The position numbers and the translations under genes were made by a program. Source: Amoebophrya sp. A120 (lineage: Eukaryota > Protista > Dinoflagellata). From it: 64,000 nucleotides of DNA. Positions 63,554 to 64,000 of this stretch are shown here, piece by piece. The stretch covers positions 2,172,054-2,236,053 of the forward strand of contig CAJINV010000005.1 in assembly GCA_905178155.1 (NCBI GenBank), written 5' to 3'. How positions within the stretch are numbered: the first letter of the stretch is position 1; each line of letters starts with the position of its first letter. The notes beneath the pieces were generated by a model. It was not told the DNA's origin. It was given only the letters and a program-made list of their open reading frames with translations, and made no database searches.

Positions 63554-64000
63554 TGGTGAAGACGTTTCTTCTACCGGCGAGCGGCTTTCCTGAAACCTTT
63601 TTTTGGGTCGGAAAATTATGCGTCGAACAGGCAACCATTTAGAATTAGATCCAACATTCATACCTAGTGACAACCAAATGTACTTACTACATCTACAGTC
63701 AATTTGAATGAATTTGCAATCGCACGCCTTCGAAAATTTTCTAGTGATTTTCTTGTCGTTGTACTTAAATGGTAAGCTAAGGCATTCAAGAATGCCAATG
63801 CCTACCCTGTAGGAGCTTTTCTTTGTCGTAAAACAGTGTGTCTTTGCTGCTTGAAGTTTGGCTTCAAGCACGAGCATGAAGAAGTGAAAAAGTGGGTTTT
63901 CTGCTCGGAAGTGCGATTTCTTTGTGTTCAAGGCGTTTGGGTCGAAAATAATAAATCGGTCCTCAGTAGAAGAAGAAGTATTTTCATAATCATCGTTCCT

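Noticed and set aside
1-64000. Autonomous transposase, tRNA or rRNA
   Set aside because: No DDE/RT/recombinase motifs or RNA-gene signatures recognised by eye; an HMM/Infernal scan is needed to exclude them.

Overview
Gene-dense eukaryotic DNA, most likely from a syndinian/dinoflagellate-lineage protist of the Amoebophrya type (inferred from genome architecture, not from a database hit). About 15 protein-coding genes all lie on the + strand: PUB+CAP protein, DIS3L2-like RNase II, ceramide synthase, Bfr1-like coiled-coil, WDR78-like dynein intermediate chain, FHA-PP2C, CASD1-like acetyltransferase, AP-1 mu, biotin protein ligase, UBL-UBA-Trx-PUB protein, RPL35A, GT31 glycosyltransferase and hypotheticals. 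The dominant feature is an invasion of 23 short (161-649 bp) non-autonomous elements in 5 sequence families. Each has terminal inverted repeats (TAT...ATA) and a 5-bp target-site duplication, and each sits inside a coding exon. Removing an element plus one TSD copy restores the reading frame and conserved motifs in all 23 cases, but only 2 can be read as GT-AG introns, so they behave as non-canonical introner introns. All five families share a terminal consensus TATS-N4-G-N-AAAA and an internal GCAT(G/C)ACA motif that also occurs in ordinary introns. Two separate TA-TSD DNA-transposon relics, one carrying an array of 40-bp palindromes, and two unexplained GC-rich islands are also present. No transposase, tRNA or rRNA was recognised. 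Exon structures were deduced by eye and lack transcript support.
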